Source: Hydrolagus affinis (lineage: Eukaryota). From it: DNA of 64,000 nt. Shown piece by piece: positions 23,325-34,495 of this stretch. The stretch lies in assembly GCA_012026655.1 (NCBI GenBank), contig JAAILG010000662.1, forward strand, positions 1 to 64,000, read 5' to 3'. The position numbers and the translations under genes were made by a program. The stretch's first letter is position 1. Every line of letters begins with the position of its first letter. The notes under the pieces are model-generated. The model was given only the letters and a program-made list of their open reading frames with translations, searched no databases and was not told the DNA's origin.

Positions 23325-24495
23325 ACAACAACAACAACAACAAAATTACACTGGTATAGCACCTTCCATGTAAGGAGGTAATCCCAAGTTACTGCACAGT
23401 CAATCTTTCAGACCCAAGCTGAGGTTGGGAATGGGGAGGGTGGAGGGAAAGGAGGGGATTTGGGGTGACCAATGGGACCTTGAATTAAATCCTCTGGGTT
23501 ATGGGAAGCCAATGGTGACCAATAGGACCTTGAATTAAATTCTCTGGGTTATGGGGAGCCAATGGAGTCCGGCAAGAATGGGGGAGATGTGGTCACAGAG
23601 CTTGGAGCGATAGAGGACACAGGCCGCAGAGGTCTGGATTATCTGCACCCTCTGGAACGAGGGGTTGGGAAGGCCGACAATCAGGGCATTGGCATAGTCG
23701 AGTCTGGATGTGATGAAGACATGAATGGTTTCAGCGGCCTGAGATAGTGGCGGAGTCGGGCAATATTGTAGAGGTGAGGGAAGGCAAAGCGGGTCAAGGC
23801 CTGGATGTGGTGGAGGAAAGACAGTTGAGGATCAAACAAGTCACCAAGGTTCCTGACTTGCTTTGTGAGGTTGAGTATGCAACCATGGAGGTTGGTGCTG
23901 CCAGTGCCTGATGTATGAAGGAGCTGGAATGAGCCAATCAGTCTTGTTGACATTGAACTATAGAAAGTTAGCACTCATCCAGGACTTGATGTCTGATAGG
24001 ACAGCAATGATCCTGGAGTTGAGGGTAGGGGTAGAAAGATAGAATTAGGTGTCATCTGGGAGTAAAGGATGGTTTGGGAGGTAAGGGGGGCAAGGGAGTC
24101 AAGGATGGAGGAGAGGGAATTGTAGAGAAAAGTTAGTGAAGAGCGTAGGTCAGTTAGTGAGGACCAGAGTGGCAGAAGTTCAGGCGACTTTAGGGCAGCA
24201 GAGAGGGAGAGGGGGAAGATTTTTTCCATGGGTGGTAGGTGATGGTAAAGGATTGAGTAGGGAGAAGGGGTATGGAGGCGTTAAGGGAGATGATGTGATG
24301 GTCCAAGATGGCTTTGTTATTGATAGTGATGTCTGAAATGATGAGGCCCCAGGTGATCGCCAGGTCAAGAGAGTGGCCATGGACATGGGTTGCGGAGTGG
24401 ATGTGGAGGGAGAGATTAAGGGAGGTGAGTAGGGAGGAGATGTCATCAGAGGAAGAGCTGGAGGGGATGAAGTGGAAGTTGAAATCGCCTATGAG
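23325..24495 (-). mobile_element. Internally deleted L2 (endonuclease C-terminus joined to the end of RT); 50-bp tandem duplication at 23464-23563
   Basis: IGDFNFH..TH.HGHSLDLAI..LDHH (APE motifs, about 24290-24490). After LDSLAPL the sequence jumps at about 24060 to DDT..YLS..LSDIKSWM..NFL..N. Confidence 0.8.
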
Positions 24496-24564
24496 TGCAA
24501 GTTGTTGTTGTTCAAACACCGATTAGATTGAATTCTTTTAGGAAATAACATTATGGGATATAGT

Positions 24565-24780
24565 AATAATAATCCTATGATTTGATCCAGCACATTATCA
24601 CATCTTTGAGACATCTGAAAACACTTCACAGAATATACTGCAAAGTTAATTGACTGTATTTTGTGGGCAAAAAGCAGAAGCCAATTCCACATTGCCTTGT
24701 CCCACAAACAGTCGTGGATTGAATGACCAAAGTTATATATTTTTTGGAAGTGATTATTACCCCCGGAAAAGCAATCCGAA
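24565..24780 (-). mobile_element. 5'-truncated SINE of the long form
   Basis: Shares ATTACCCCCGGAAAAG..ATCCG with the 18672 copy. Confidence 0.7.
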
Positions 24781-25509
24781 TCCCTTGCTTGTGAATATGA
24801 GGTTTACATCACCTGAATTTGTTTCTCGATCAACTCTGAATGATTTCTTGGGGAATAGGCAAAGAATTATGTCCACCTGCCTTTAAAAAGAGAGGGGCTC
24901 CTAGGCTTTCCTGTACAGGATCTTTCCTTTCTACAGAGCTGTGAATCAACAATTTGAGAGACAACAACAATTCTGTAGTATCATGAATTTCCCCAGCATC
25001 TTAGTGTGATTAACTGCATTTCTCGAAACTAAGCACACCTACAGTCAATCAACCAGAAAAGCTTCCATTCAATCAATGTATAGGTAGTCTGTGAATGCCA
25101 ATGAAGGATGTTGCATATGATTGACCAATGTCTACAATCAATGTGCTCTTTAATTGTCCCTAGCTGCATCATTTCAATGCAGTAGTCAAATTGCTAGGCT
25201 CTTTGCTAGGAGGTTAGGATTATGGCATACAAATACCTCATATGGCCATTGCAAAATCACAGAATGCTAGCACAATGTCATGTTGGACATATAGGACAAT
25301 GAAGTTCATGATAGAGCAAATATTTGATGTCCACAAGCAACAATCTGCTTTGGTGCTGCGATGGCTTAGGTGAGCTTCACAAACCATGTCAGACAAAATG
25401 AATAGAATCATCCAAGTCTCCAATACATTCTTAACAGAAATGATTTCCACTTCAACATCAATGAACTGGGAATCCATGCTATGGGCTTATTTGCTAACGG
25501 ACTGAATTG

Positions 25510-26465
25510 AACTGCGCTGGCAGCAGCTGAGGCAGGGGCGGGACCGAATAAGGTGGAGGGCAGAGAAGGTGGGTGTGCGGAAGGAGAGAGTTGGAAGGGC
25601 GGCAGAAGGCAAGATTGAAGAGGAGGGTCTTGAGACCAGCCAAGGGAGGAAGCAAGGGGAAGGGACTGTAGGATGGAGTTTTAGATTGTGGGGGCCTGGC
25701 CACCGATGGTAGGGTAGGTCAGGCAGGGGACATGTTGCAGACTCGAGCCCACTGAACAGAGGGGGTGAGCAGGTTGATTAGGAGTCAGCAGGTTGGAGAG
25801 ATAGGAAGGACCAAAGCCATGAGTGGCCGTGAGGATGAGGATCTTCATCGATCCTCTGGAGAATGGGGAGCCAATGGAGCCGGGCGAGATGTGGTCGCGG
25901 AGCCTGATGCGGGAGAGGACATGAGGACAAGAGCTGCAGAGTTCTGGATGATCTGCAGCTTGTAAGAGCCAGGAAGGCTGACGATGAGGGAGTTAAGGAG
26001 TTAAAGCAGCCTAAGGAGTGAGGCAGAAGTGGAGCCTAGAAATTACAGAGGAAGGCAATGCTGGCCATGGTGTGGATGTGGGGGAAGAAGGAAAGTTCAG
26101 GATCAAAAATGACACCCAGGTTCCTGACTGGTTTCATAAGGTGGAGAGTGCAGCCTTGGGTGCTGATGCTGCCAGCTCCTGAGGTGCAGAGGTACTGATG
26201 TGAGCAAATCAGGAGGGTCTCAGTCTTGCTGACGTTGAGCTGAAGAAAGTTGTCCCTTGTCCAGGACTCGATGTCAGATATGCAGGCTGTTAGGATGCCA
26301 GTAGTCCTGGAGTTGAAGGTGGAAGCAGAGAGATAGAGATGGATGTCATCAGCGTACATGTGGAAATTTACCCCAGGTCTGTGGGTGATGTCACCGAGGG
26401 CGAGCATATAGAGAGTGAAGAGGAGGGGACACAGGACAAAGCCCTGAGGAATGCCACATGAGACA
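25510..26465 (-). mobile_element. L2 ORF2 fragment including RT core motifs, truncated by the gap
   Basis: GIPQG.VL.PLLF.LYM..LG and FHMYADDIHLY, then NFLQLNVSKTE and VRNLGVIFD. Confidence 0.9.
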
Positions 26466-26565
26466 NNNNNNNNNNNNNNNNNNNNNNNNNNNNNNNNNNN
26501 NNNNNNNNNNNNNNNNNNNNNNNNNNNNNNNNNNNNNNNNNNNNNNNNNNNNNNNNNNNNNNNNN
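26466..26565. other. Assembly gap (100 N)
   Basis: Run of N. Confidence 1.
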
Positions 26566-27078
26566 TGCCCCCCCCCCCCCACCTCTCTGACCTGCTAACT
26601 CCCTATCAACCTACCCGTCTCCGTTCAGGGTCTCTGGTCTGCTTCAGGTCTCCTGCCTGACCCGCCCTACCATCAGTGGCCAGGCTTTCAGTCACTTTGC
26701 CCTCACACTCTGGATCTCCATCCCACAGTCTCTTCACCTCGCATCCTCCCTTTCCTCCTTCAAGGCCGGTCTCAAGATCCACCTTTTCGATCGTGCCTTC
26801 TGTCGCCCTCCCACTTCTCTCCCTCCCCTCACCCCCTCCTCTGCTCCTCCCTCGTGCCAGGTCACGACCCCTGACTATTCAGCACCTAGGGATGTCCTCT
26901 CGATGTGCAAGGTGCTCTACAAGTATAATTTTGTTGTTGTTGTGCGCAATCGGTTGCTGTGTTTCGCCCACATAATGTACAGTCAATTCACTTTACCATA
27001 CACTCTGGGAAACGCTTTGAGACACCTTGAAGGTTTGATAAGGCATTATATCAAATGCAAGGATTATTATTATTATTA
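26566..27078 (+). mobile_element. L2 3' end (to about 26942) fused to a SINE 3' half
   Basis: SFKAGLK..LF, stem-loop and (TTG)n, then GTGCGCAATCGGTTGCTG...ATATCAAATGCAAGG(ATT)n. Confidence 0.85.
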
Positions 27079-27360
27079 TGTAATTTATTTTGGCTGCTTG
27101 ATTATGTTACATGAGCCTTGCTGCTGCTTATCCTAAAGGGTGATGTGTACATGCAGTACTTCCCTATTCCTGTGTAACTGCAGCAATGTTCAGTACCTGA
27201 AACACTTCCCTGAACCTGCAGTCCTTACTCTGCCCTGCACCTGTCACCCCGCCCTGTGTTTGGGACACTGCACTCTAACATGCAGCATTGCTCAGTACCT
27301 CCACAACTACTTGTACTTACTGCACTTTATTGAAAACGCAACGCTGTTTTCCAGCTACAA

Positions 27361-27660
27361 TCAAATCAATCAGAACTTACATTTATATAGCGCCTTTCCC
27401 GTGGAGAGGACGTCCCAAGGCGCTGTACAGTTAGGTAGGGACAAGAGCAGGGGGAAGGGGGGGGGCGTCTGGGCAGGATGAAGAAGAGTAGGGAAATTGA
27501 CTGTATATTTGTGGGTGGCAGCCAAATTGCACACAGCAGTGTCCCACAAACAGTCATGGAAGTGGGATATGGGGAAATGGGGGGTAAAGATGTCAAGGGG
27601 AGGGGTCCGGTCAGGGGGCAGGAGAGCAGGAAAGCCGACTGTATACTTGTGGGCGAAGCA
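27361..27660 (-). mobile_element. L2-tail/SINE composite fragment
   Basis: L2 tail with a (GATT)-type end, followed by the SINE body TTGACTGTATATTTGTGGGTGGCAGCCAAATTGCACACAGCAGTGTCCCAC. Confidence 0.7.
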
Positions 27661-30600
27661 TTGCTTTAGTACCACTATAGTGCAGGACAATAAGCTACAG
27701 TCCTGCATCCCGCCGACAATCTGCTCTGTACCCGGAGCTGGATACTGAAACTGTCGCATTGCATTGAACCCGGATCGTGCTGTGTGCGGACAGCAACTCA
27801 GCAAACTTGCACCGGTTGCATTGCCCGTCGATAGAGGACTGAGCTGAGGTTTAGTGGTTCTGCCGCCACAATTATCCTGCATTGTAATGATATTGATTTT
27901 TATTTGGGAATAAATTAACACACGTAAGGTCAATTTTAGGATTACGATTTCCCATTTTAACAACCGGCCGCTAAGGCAGAGTTTCGGGGTGTAACGCGCC
28001 GTGACGTTCCCGTTGATTTTTAAACTCCCACTCTCCCAATGTGCCGATCCCGTGTGAATTCTGTGACTCAAAACATTTATTTCTGAGGAAGACGGGCGGT
28101 GGCTTAGCGCGTGGTGACTCGCCACAGCCGAAAACAAGCAATCAGTGTTGAGAGGGATGCAAATTCGCCTGATAAAAGTCAAAGCAGTGGGATAATGAGG
28201 AATTAAACCGCACCGAGTGTACAGATAAGGAGCATCGGCTGTTTACTTTCAACAGAGTGGTGACCTCGGGGCATTGCAAGTCTTGCTAACTGTTCACAAA
28301 CTGAAATTAGACTGGATTAGTGAACCGCGTGTGAAGTGGTGGGGATGTGTGGCAGTGCGCTCCTGCTTTGCACACCCGAGGAAGGCAAACTGACCCGGTG
28401 ATGTTGATGTAACTACCGCCACTGCACCAAAGCCTATTCTGCTTTTGAATTTCTGTTTTAAACTCCCGCGACTACGTGTGGCAGCCACAGACGTGTAAAA
28501 ACGCTTGAGAAGAGGCAGGAAGTGTTACTTTTTCTCCCACCCCCCCAGTGTCATTTTATCTTTATTTATATAGAAGAACAAATCGTCTGTATCTCGTGTG
28601 CATTTAGTCGTGCTCGTTACTTGATTGCTGTAAAGTGTTGGCCATCGATCTGAAGAATTATTTCGCTAATACATCACAGTTTCTCGGTGTTACCCCCAGA
28701 TCTATGGCGATGGTGGCGGCTTGTTACACGAAATAACGCGGCGGAGGTGCAACTTTACATGAAACAATAGAATAAATCCAAGTCATAAACGCAATCATTC
28801 CTCTGTAAACGAAACCAGGAAATTTATATTTTTTGAATTAATGGCGTGTAATCCAGAGGAATTGTGTGTACGTTTCTGTCCTGGACAACAGATTATTCTG
28901 GTTTTGTAGAACTTGTCAATCCAATTTCGTCTGGATTTATAATTATTTGTGCAGTGGGAGCTTTGGGGAACTGAGACTGTGATTAATGGAATTCTATGGA
29001 GCTCAGTGCTTGCCATGTGGGTGTTCCCTAGGGAGGAGATCTGCCTGTCAGAGACAGCAGCACAGCCCACAACTCACTGGGATTTGGGCAATAATTATCA
29101 CACACACAGAAGAAAAAATACCTTTTAAATCAGACACGGACCACAAGTAGAACCGGAGATAAATGAAAGACCCTGTGCACTTCAACTCGTGGAAGTACAG
29201 TAGTTGTATGGTACCATTTCTAACGAAATTTGCAACATGCAAATTAAATGAATATGAAATAAAGTGATATCTAATCTTTTTTTTCAAATAGTAGAACCAA
29301 ACGTTAATAGGGAAAAGAAACAAATTATTACATTCGCAATCTACCGGGCACGATTCATATTTTTGACAAAGGATACTGCAATGTATGGTAATATATCCTT
29401 GGAAACTACTCAGCATCCTCAGAGATACGTGGAATAAAGAGAAATGCATAGGCAGCTTAGTTTGAAGAGACTGATATTTTGCTAGACGGGAGATATTGTG
29501 GTTGTGATTTTTTTTTGAAATGCTCACCTAAAGCATTCGTGTAATACTCTTACATTTCTGTAAACTAACACGTATTCGAATAAGTGCCTGACTGTTCCTG
29601 GAATGTTTCAGTCAGAGTGTGACCACGCTTGCCCATAATCTACTTGTTCTCGTGGCATTTAACCTGCAAAGCTAGCTGGTGTATGGGTGGGAATTGTCAC
29701 ACCAATGCAATAGGGAAATGCTCCTCTCGGATTGGACTTGCATTGTACAGTCTTGCCCTATGTCTAATCCTTGATGGATTTCCTACTTCCTTCACCGATC
29801 CTCAATTGATGTCCAATTTCTGATTGTAAAACAGGTACAACTCTGCAAACTCTTTTGGAGGAATTAAAAGAATTGTAAAGTTGTATACAGGATGCTGCCG
29901 CCAGATCTCCCCCACCCCCACCACACACACACACACACTGTGTAATTTACCTTATCTTTGTGATTTACAGAGAAATAAAATATGCGACGACAGGAATTGC
30001 AGCCGTAGTCGATGAACAAACTTTCTCTTTTAATTGGCCTTTGGGATAAATTGCTGATTGTAGATGAATCGTGCTAGATTATAAAAGAAGCAGTAACATG
30101 AATTCATTTTCCCTCGAGCTACATTTCATCATTTCACTGTTCACGGGTCAGGTGAATGATGTACTGGGAGCTGTTGAAAACATCCGAGGTTTCGGATGAA
30201 AACTACGGTTGACTCCATTATTCTTGATTTCTGCAATACACATCTCTCCATGACAACTGAAGTCACTTGTCCTTCGAGGTCAAGGAAGAGTTAAGTTCTG
30301 AACGTTAACAAATCACCTGCATGCGATGTGTGTCCCCGCTCCCACCCCGCACCACACACACACACACACACACTCCCCCCTCCCACCAAAGCTTCCTTCA
30401 CCCAGGCTCGGGTCTAACCTAGAAAATCGGTGGTCGTTCACAAATCAACACAGTAACATTGGACTTTCATTACATCTGACCCACAAGCACTGGAATGTGT
30501 CCCTCGCCCTTTAACAGCTGGTATTGTTGATGTCCTCGGCTTTTCTAAACCAGGTGGGAAGCATGGAATCAAATATTCAGGTGAATTCGCCCAGGACCCC

Positions 30601-32377
30601 ACACTAACATAAAAGAGCATTTGTAAAGTTACCTACGTGTTCACACCTCACCACGATCCTTTAAGTACGTGATCAGTGGGTGAAGTTTTTTTTTGTTGGT
30701 TTTCCAAAAATCGGTCCTTGAAAATGTGGTGAAAAATCATCTTCATAGTTACTCTATGTGGGCAAAGGTGGGGGGAGGGGGGAGTGTTATTGTTAACTGG
30801 AAAAGGGTTACAGTAATATGTCAGTTAACATGGAACAGTCATGTACAGTCCTGGTCTTGAGATTGGAACAGTTATGTACAAGCTTTCTCAGATTTGAAGC
30901 CACAGTTATGCCAATGACTTGAGGCTACAAGTTATGTCGAACCCTTTAAGAACATCTCACCTCTGGTTTATGAGAACAATTTACTTTGGCTATCAGACTT
31001 ATTTCTTTGATCCCAGTCCTTTTTTTTTACCCACTTTTGCTTCCTGTTTGCTTCCTGTGTTTTCAGGGAATCCACGAGCGCCTGAGAAAAAATATATAAT
31101 TCACTTGGTTAGCTGGGTTCTGCTTTGAATTTCAAAAGACACATTACATTAAAGAATACGATGTAATATGTGCACAATATAAAATCCGATTTCAATTCAC
31201 CGAGGAGACACATCAGCTGGTATAGTAACATAAAGTCAATATATATGATATTACTTCTATTACTTATGCCTCATTTCTATACAATTGGTATTTATTCTCG
31301 CAGCCAGTATAAGTTTGCAGGAGCTACTTGAGGTAATAAAAGACATTCTATTTTATCTGAGTTAGAAAATATGAAACAATCAAGTTAACTTTAGCAATAC
31401 TCACCAAAGGGTCTGCTCAGCGTGAATATAACACAATAAAACGTGGCATTCAAAAGATAATTTCCTAGCAGGTTCAAATCGGTGAGTGTGTGTGGGGTTG
31501 TGGGGTGGGGGAGAGAGGGGGGGAGGGGGGGAAGGGGGAGTGCAGTATTGTCTCCAAATATATAGTTTATATGAATCGCCTGGGTACAAAATAGTGTTTA
31601 GAAATCTCCCCCACCCCCCAACCCCACCCCCAAATAAAAATAATCAAAAGTTCCACGGCAAGTGAATGAAAGAAAGTAAACCCAATTGGTGTCAATGATT
31701 GATACCTAAGTGCCAGGCTCCCACTCTTGTATCGGGTCAAATGATTTCGGAGGAATGGTTTGACTAAGCTTTGTTTATATCCTCTTTACTGTATTGTAAT
31801 GAGCTAGACCCACCCTGCAGCTATTGGCATGGGTATATCTTTGATCAATTTAAGTTGGCTAGCTATATACATGCAGCCTATAGCTGACGGAGTTTATAGC
31901 TTGGGCGTCCCAAGAGGATTTCAAAATGACATGTGTTTCCTAATTTGCTGAAGCTCAAGGTTGGGGGTCACATTATTACAATATCTCACAATATCCCAGG
32001 ACTATGATATTAGATAAGCCTGTCACAATCCAATTACACCAAGGTTGATGCAATACTGAACAAACTTAACAAAGTTATATTAAAGCCGTCAAATAAACAA
32101 AACAGATGCTTAATATTGCAAGAGTTATCGGGATAAAAGTTTAGAGGTCCCTTTATCAGAATGGGAAGTGCGCCCAGAGTTGTAAGGAAATTGCAGAAAT
32201 CATTCTAAATGAGCAGCTCAAATATTATAAATACTGTATTACTCAACAAGCTCCATTTAGGAGATTCAGAAGATAAGTTGAAACAAATATTAAGTATAAG
32301 TGTTACAAAGTATGTCTGGAAATGTACAAATTAGAAACGATTTGAAATGGTTGAGAGATTTTACTCTAAACCTCGAT

Positions 32378-32470
32378 GGATGCATGAATGAATGAACGAA
32401 TGGATGGATGGATGAATAAATGCATGAATGAGTGAGTGAATAAATGAAAGTGCCGTGAATAGATGAAGCA
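32378..32470. repeat. Degenerate (TGAA/TGGA)n microsatellite
   Basis: TGAATGAATGAACGAATGGATGGATGGATGAATAAATG... Confidence 0.85.
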
Positions 32471-33299
32471 GGAAACTGGATCAAACTGTTCTTTTGCACT
32501 GATCTCTGCTCGCTTCTTCCTGGGGATATGACCGGATTTTACAGCCTAAAGGAACAAACACGTTTGTCTCATCAACACAATGAAAGCAAGGATCCGACGC
32601 TTCAAAAGGAGTGTCGCGAACTGTTATAAAAGTGGCAATAAACCTCTATAAATGTCGTATTAAAATGTTATTTATTGTTCAGTTGCTTAATAATAGCTTT
32701 ACTACACAGGCACCTCAATCAGGAATAAACTCTTCACTTTTGCTTCAAGAGAGCGACACGGAGAGAAGGGAGAACCTTGTCTATTTTGTGACTGTGAGGG
32801 GGGAATTTCTTTATTTTATTTTATTTAACCGATCATTTGAATAATCGCCTAAACAATTAAAAGAAACCTTTGTCAAATGAAAGAGAAGAAGTGCACGAGA
32901 AAGAGTTAAAGGATTTCAGGCGTGCTTGATATTGCAAACCACAACCCTCAGACTTATTTCTGCTTTCAGGGGTCTTCAAACGTCTTATTCATATAATAAT
33001 TTTCCACGCCCAAGAAAAGGACTGCATCTGAAACATGTGGTGATCACATTATAACTAACCACTTATCGCACTGTAATAACGTTTGAACTGTCCAGTTGTT
33101 TGATTGATTGCATACGCAGCACTCTATTAACTCAGGTTCCTTACCTTCTTATCAAATTCTGCAATACACCATGGAAATCTGTACACTGATGAGGAAGTCA
33201 TTAAAGCTTACCACAATTTGATCCATTTCAGCTAAAAAAAAGCTGCGATTTGAGTCAGTCTGAGTGCTGTTTGTCAGTTCTTTATAAGCCCGAAAGAGG

Positions 33300-34495
33300 A
33301 ATAAAAAAAAGCAGATGCCATAAAACGATAGACACAATAGGGATAAAAAAAAGGAGAGAAACAGAGAGAGGCTAAAGAAATTGACACGGGGTGGGGGGGT
33401 GGGGGGGAAGTAGACGAGTAAAGCGGAAAAACAAAAGGGTAGACATATAAAGGAGAGGGGCAAACGGAGAAACAGAATGATATAAAGAGAGCGAGGAGAC
33501 AGACACACTGAAAGAGAGAGCGGGAAAGACTTGGGAGAGAAATAAAGCAAGAGGCTGGGAAGATGGAAAGATAGAGTTAGAATGCGAGAGACTGTCAGAC
33601 ACAAATAGACACAGAAACCCAAAGAAAGGGGCAAAATAATCGGGACAGAGAGTGGGGGTGACAGTCACATATACAGAGATTGTATTTGACAGACAGAAAT
33701 ACAGAGAGACTGTGGGGATAGGGACACAGAGCCACACAGAGACTGTGGTATCTAACAGGGACATGCAGAAAGTCAGGTGGGCAGACAGGGACATATAGTG
33801 AGACACATATGGACTGTTGGTGACAGACAGAGACATAGAGAGGCACAGGCAGAAACTCGGATGTAAAACACAGAAAAAATTGGCAGAGTTACATGGATGG
33901 ATTTAGGATGAAAGTGTCACAGAAAGGCCAGAAGATGGAAAACTGGCAGTATCATACAAGGGTGCAATGAGACTGTGTGACACACAGAGACACAGAGTGG
34001 GTGACATACACAGACATAAACACAAAGAGAGACTGAGTGATAGGCGATACAAAAATAAACTGGAAATAAAATATAGAGACACAGAAAGACTCCGATGACA
34101 GAGACTCAGAGACATAGGGTGACAGACAGAAACAGGGAGACTGGGTGACAAATCAAAACACATACGCAAAACACACACACACACGACTGTGTGACACACA
34201 GGGGCACATAGAGACCTGGGTGACAGAATGAGTCAAAGAGAGTGGGTGAAAAAACAAGACATGCACACACACACACACACAAAGAGACTAGGTGACAGAC
34301 AGGAACATAGAGAGATTGGGTGAGAGGCAGAGATGCAGAAAGCTTGAGACACAGAGAGAGATTGGCGAGAGCCATAGACGACAGCCAGACACAGAAAAGT
34401 TGGGTGAAAGACAGAAACACAAAGGTTCAAAGAGACTGACAAACACAGATAGATTCAAATACAGAAGAGACCCCGTAACAGACAGAGACACAAAG
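33300..34495. repeat. Purine-skewed low-complexity tract (degenerate GACA/GAGA with recurring GGGTGACA)
   Basis: Strong A/G bias on the plus strand. It produces the spurious S/L/C/V-rich minus-strand ORFs. Confidence 0.8.

Noticed and set aside
23464-23563. Two-unit direct repeats (also 20273-20373) considered as an array
   Set aside because: Simple tandem duplications inside dead LINEs, with no spacers; eukaryotic context, so not CRISPR.
27370-28182. 270-aa minus-strand ORF
   Set aside because: Non-ATG start, no recognisable domain, and it runs through SINE/L2 fragments.
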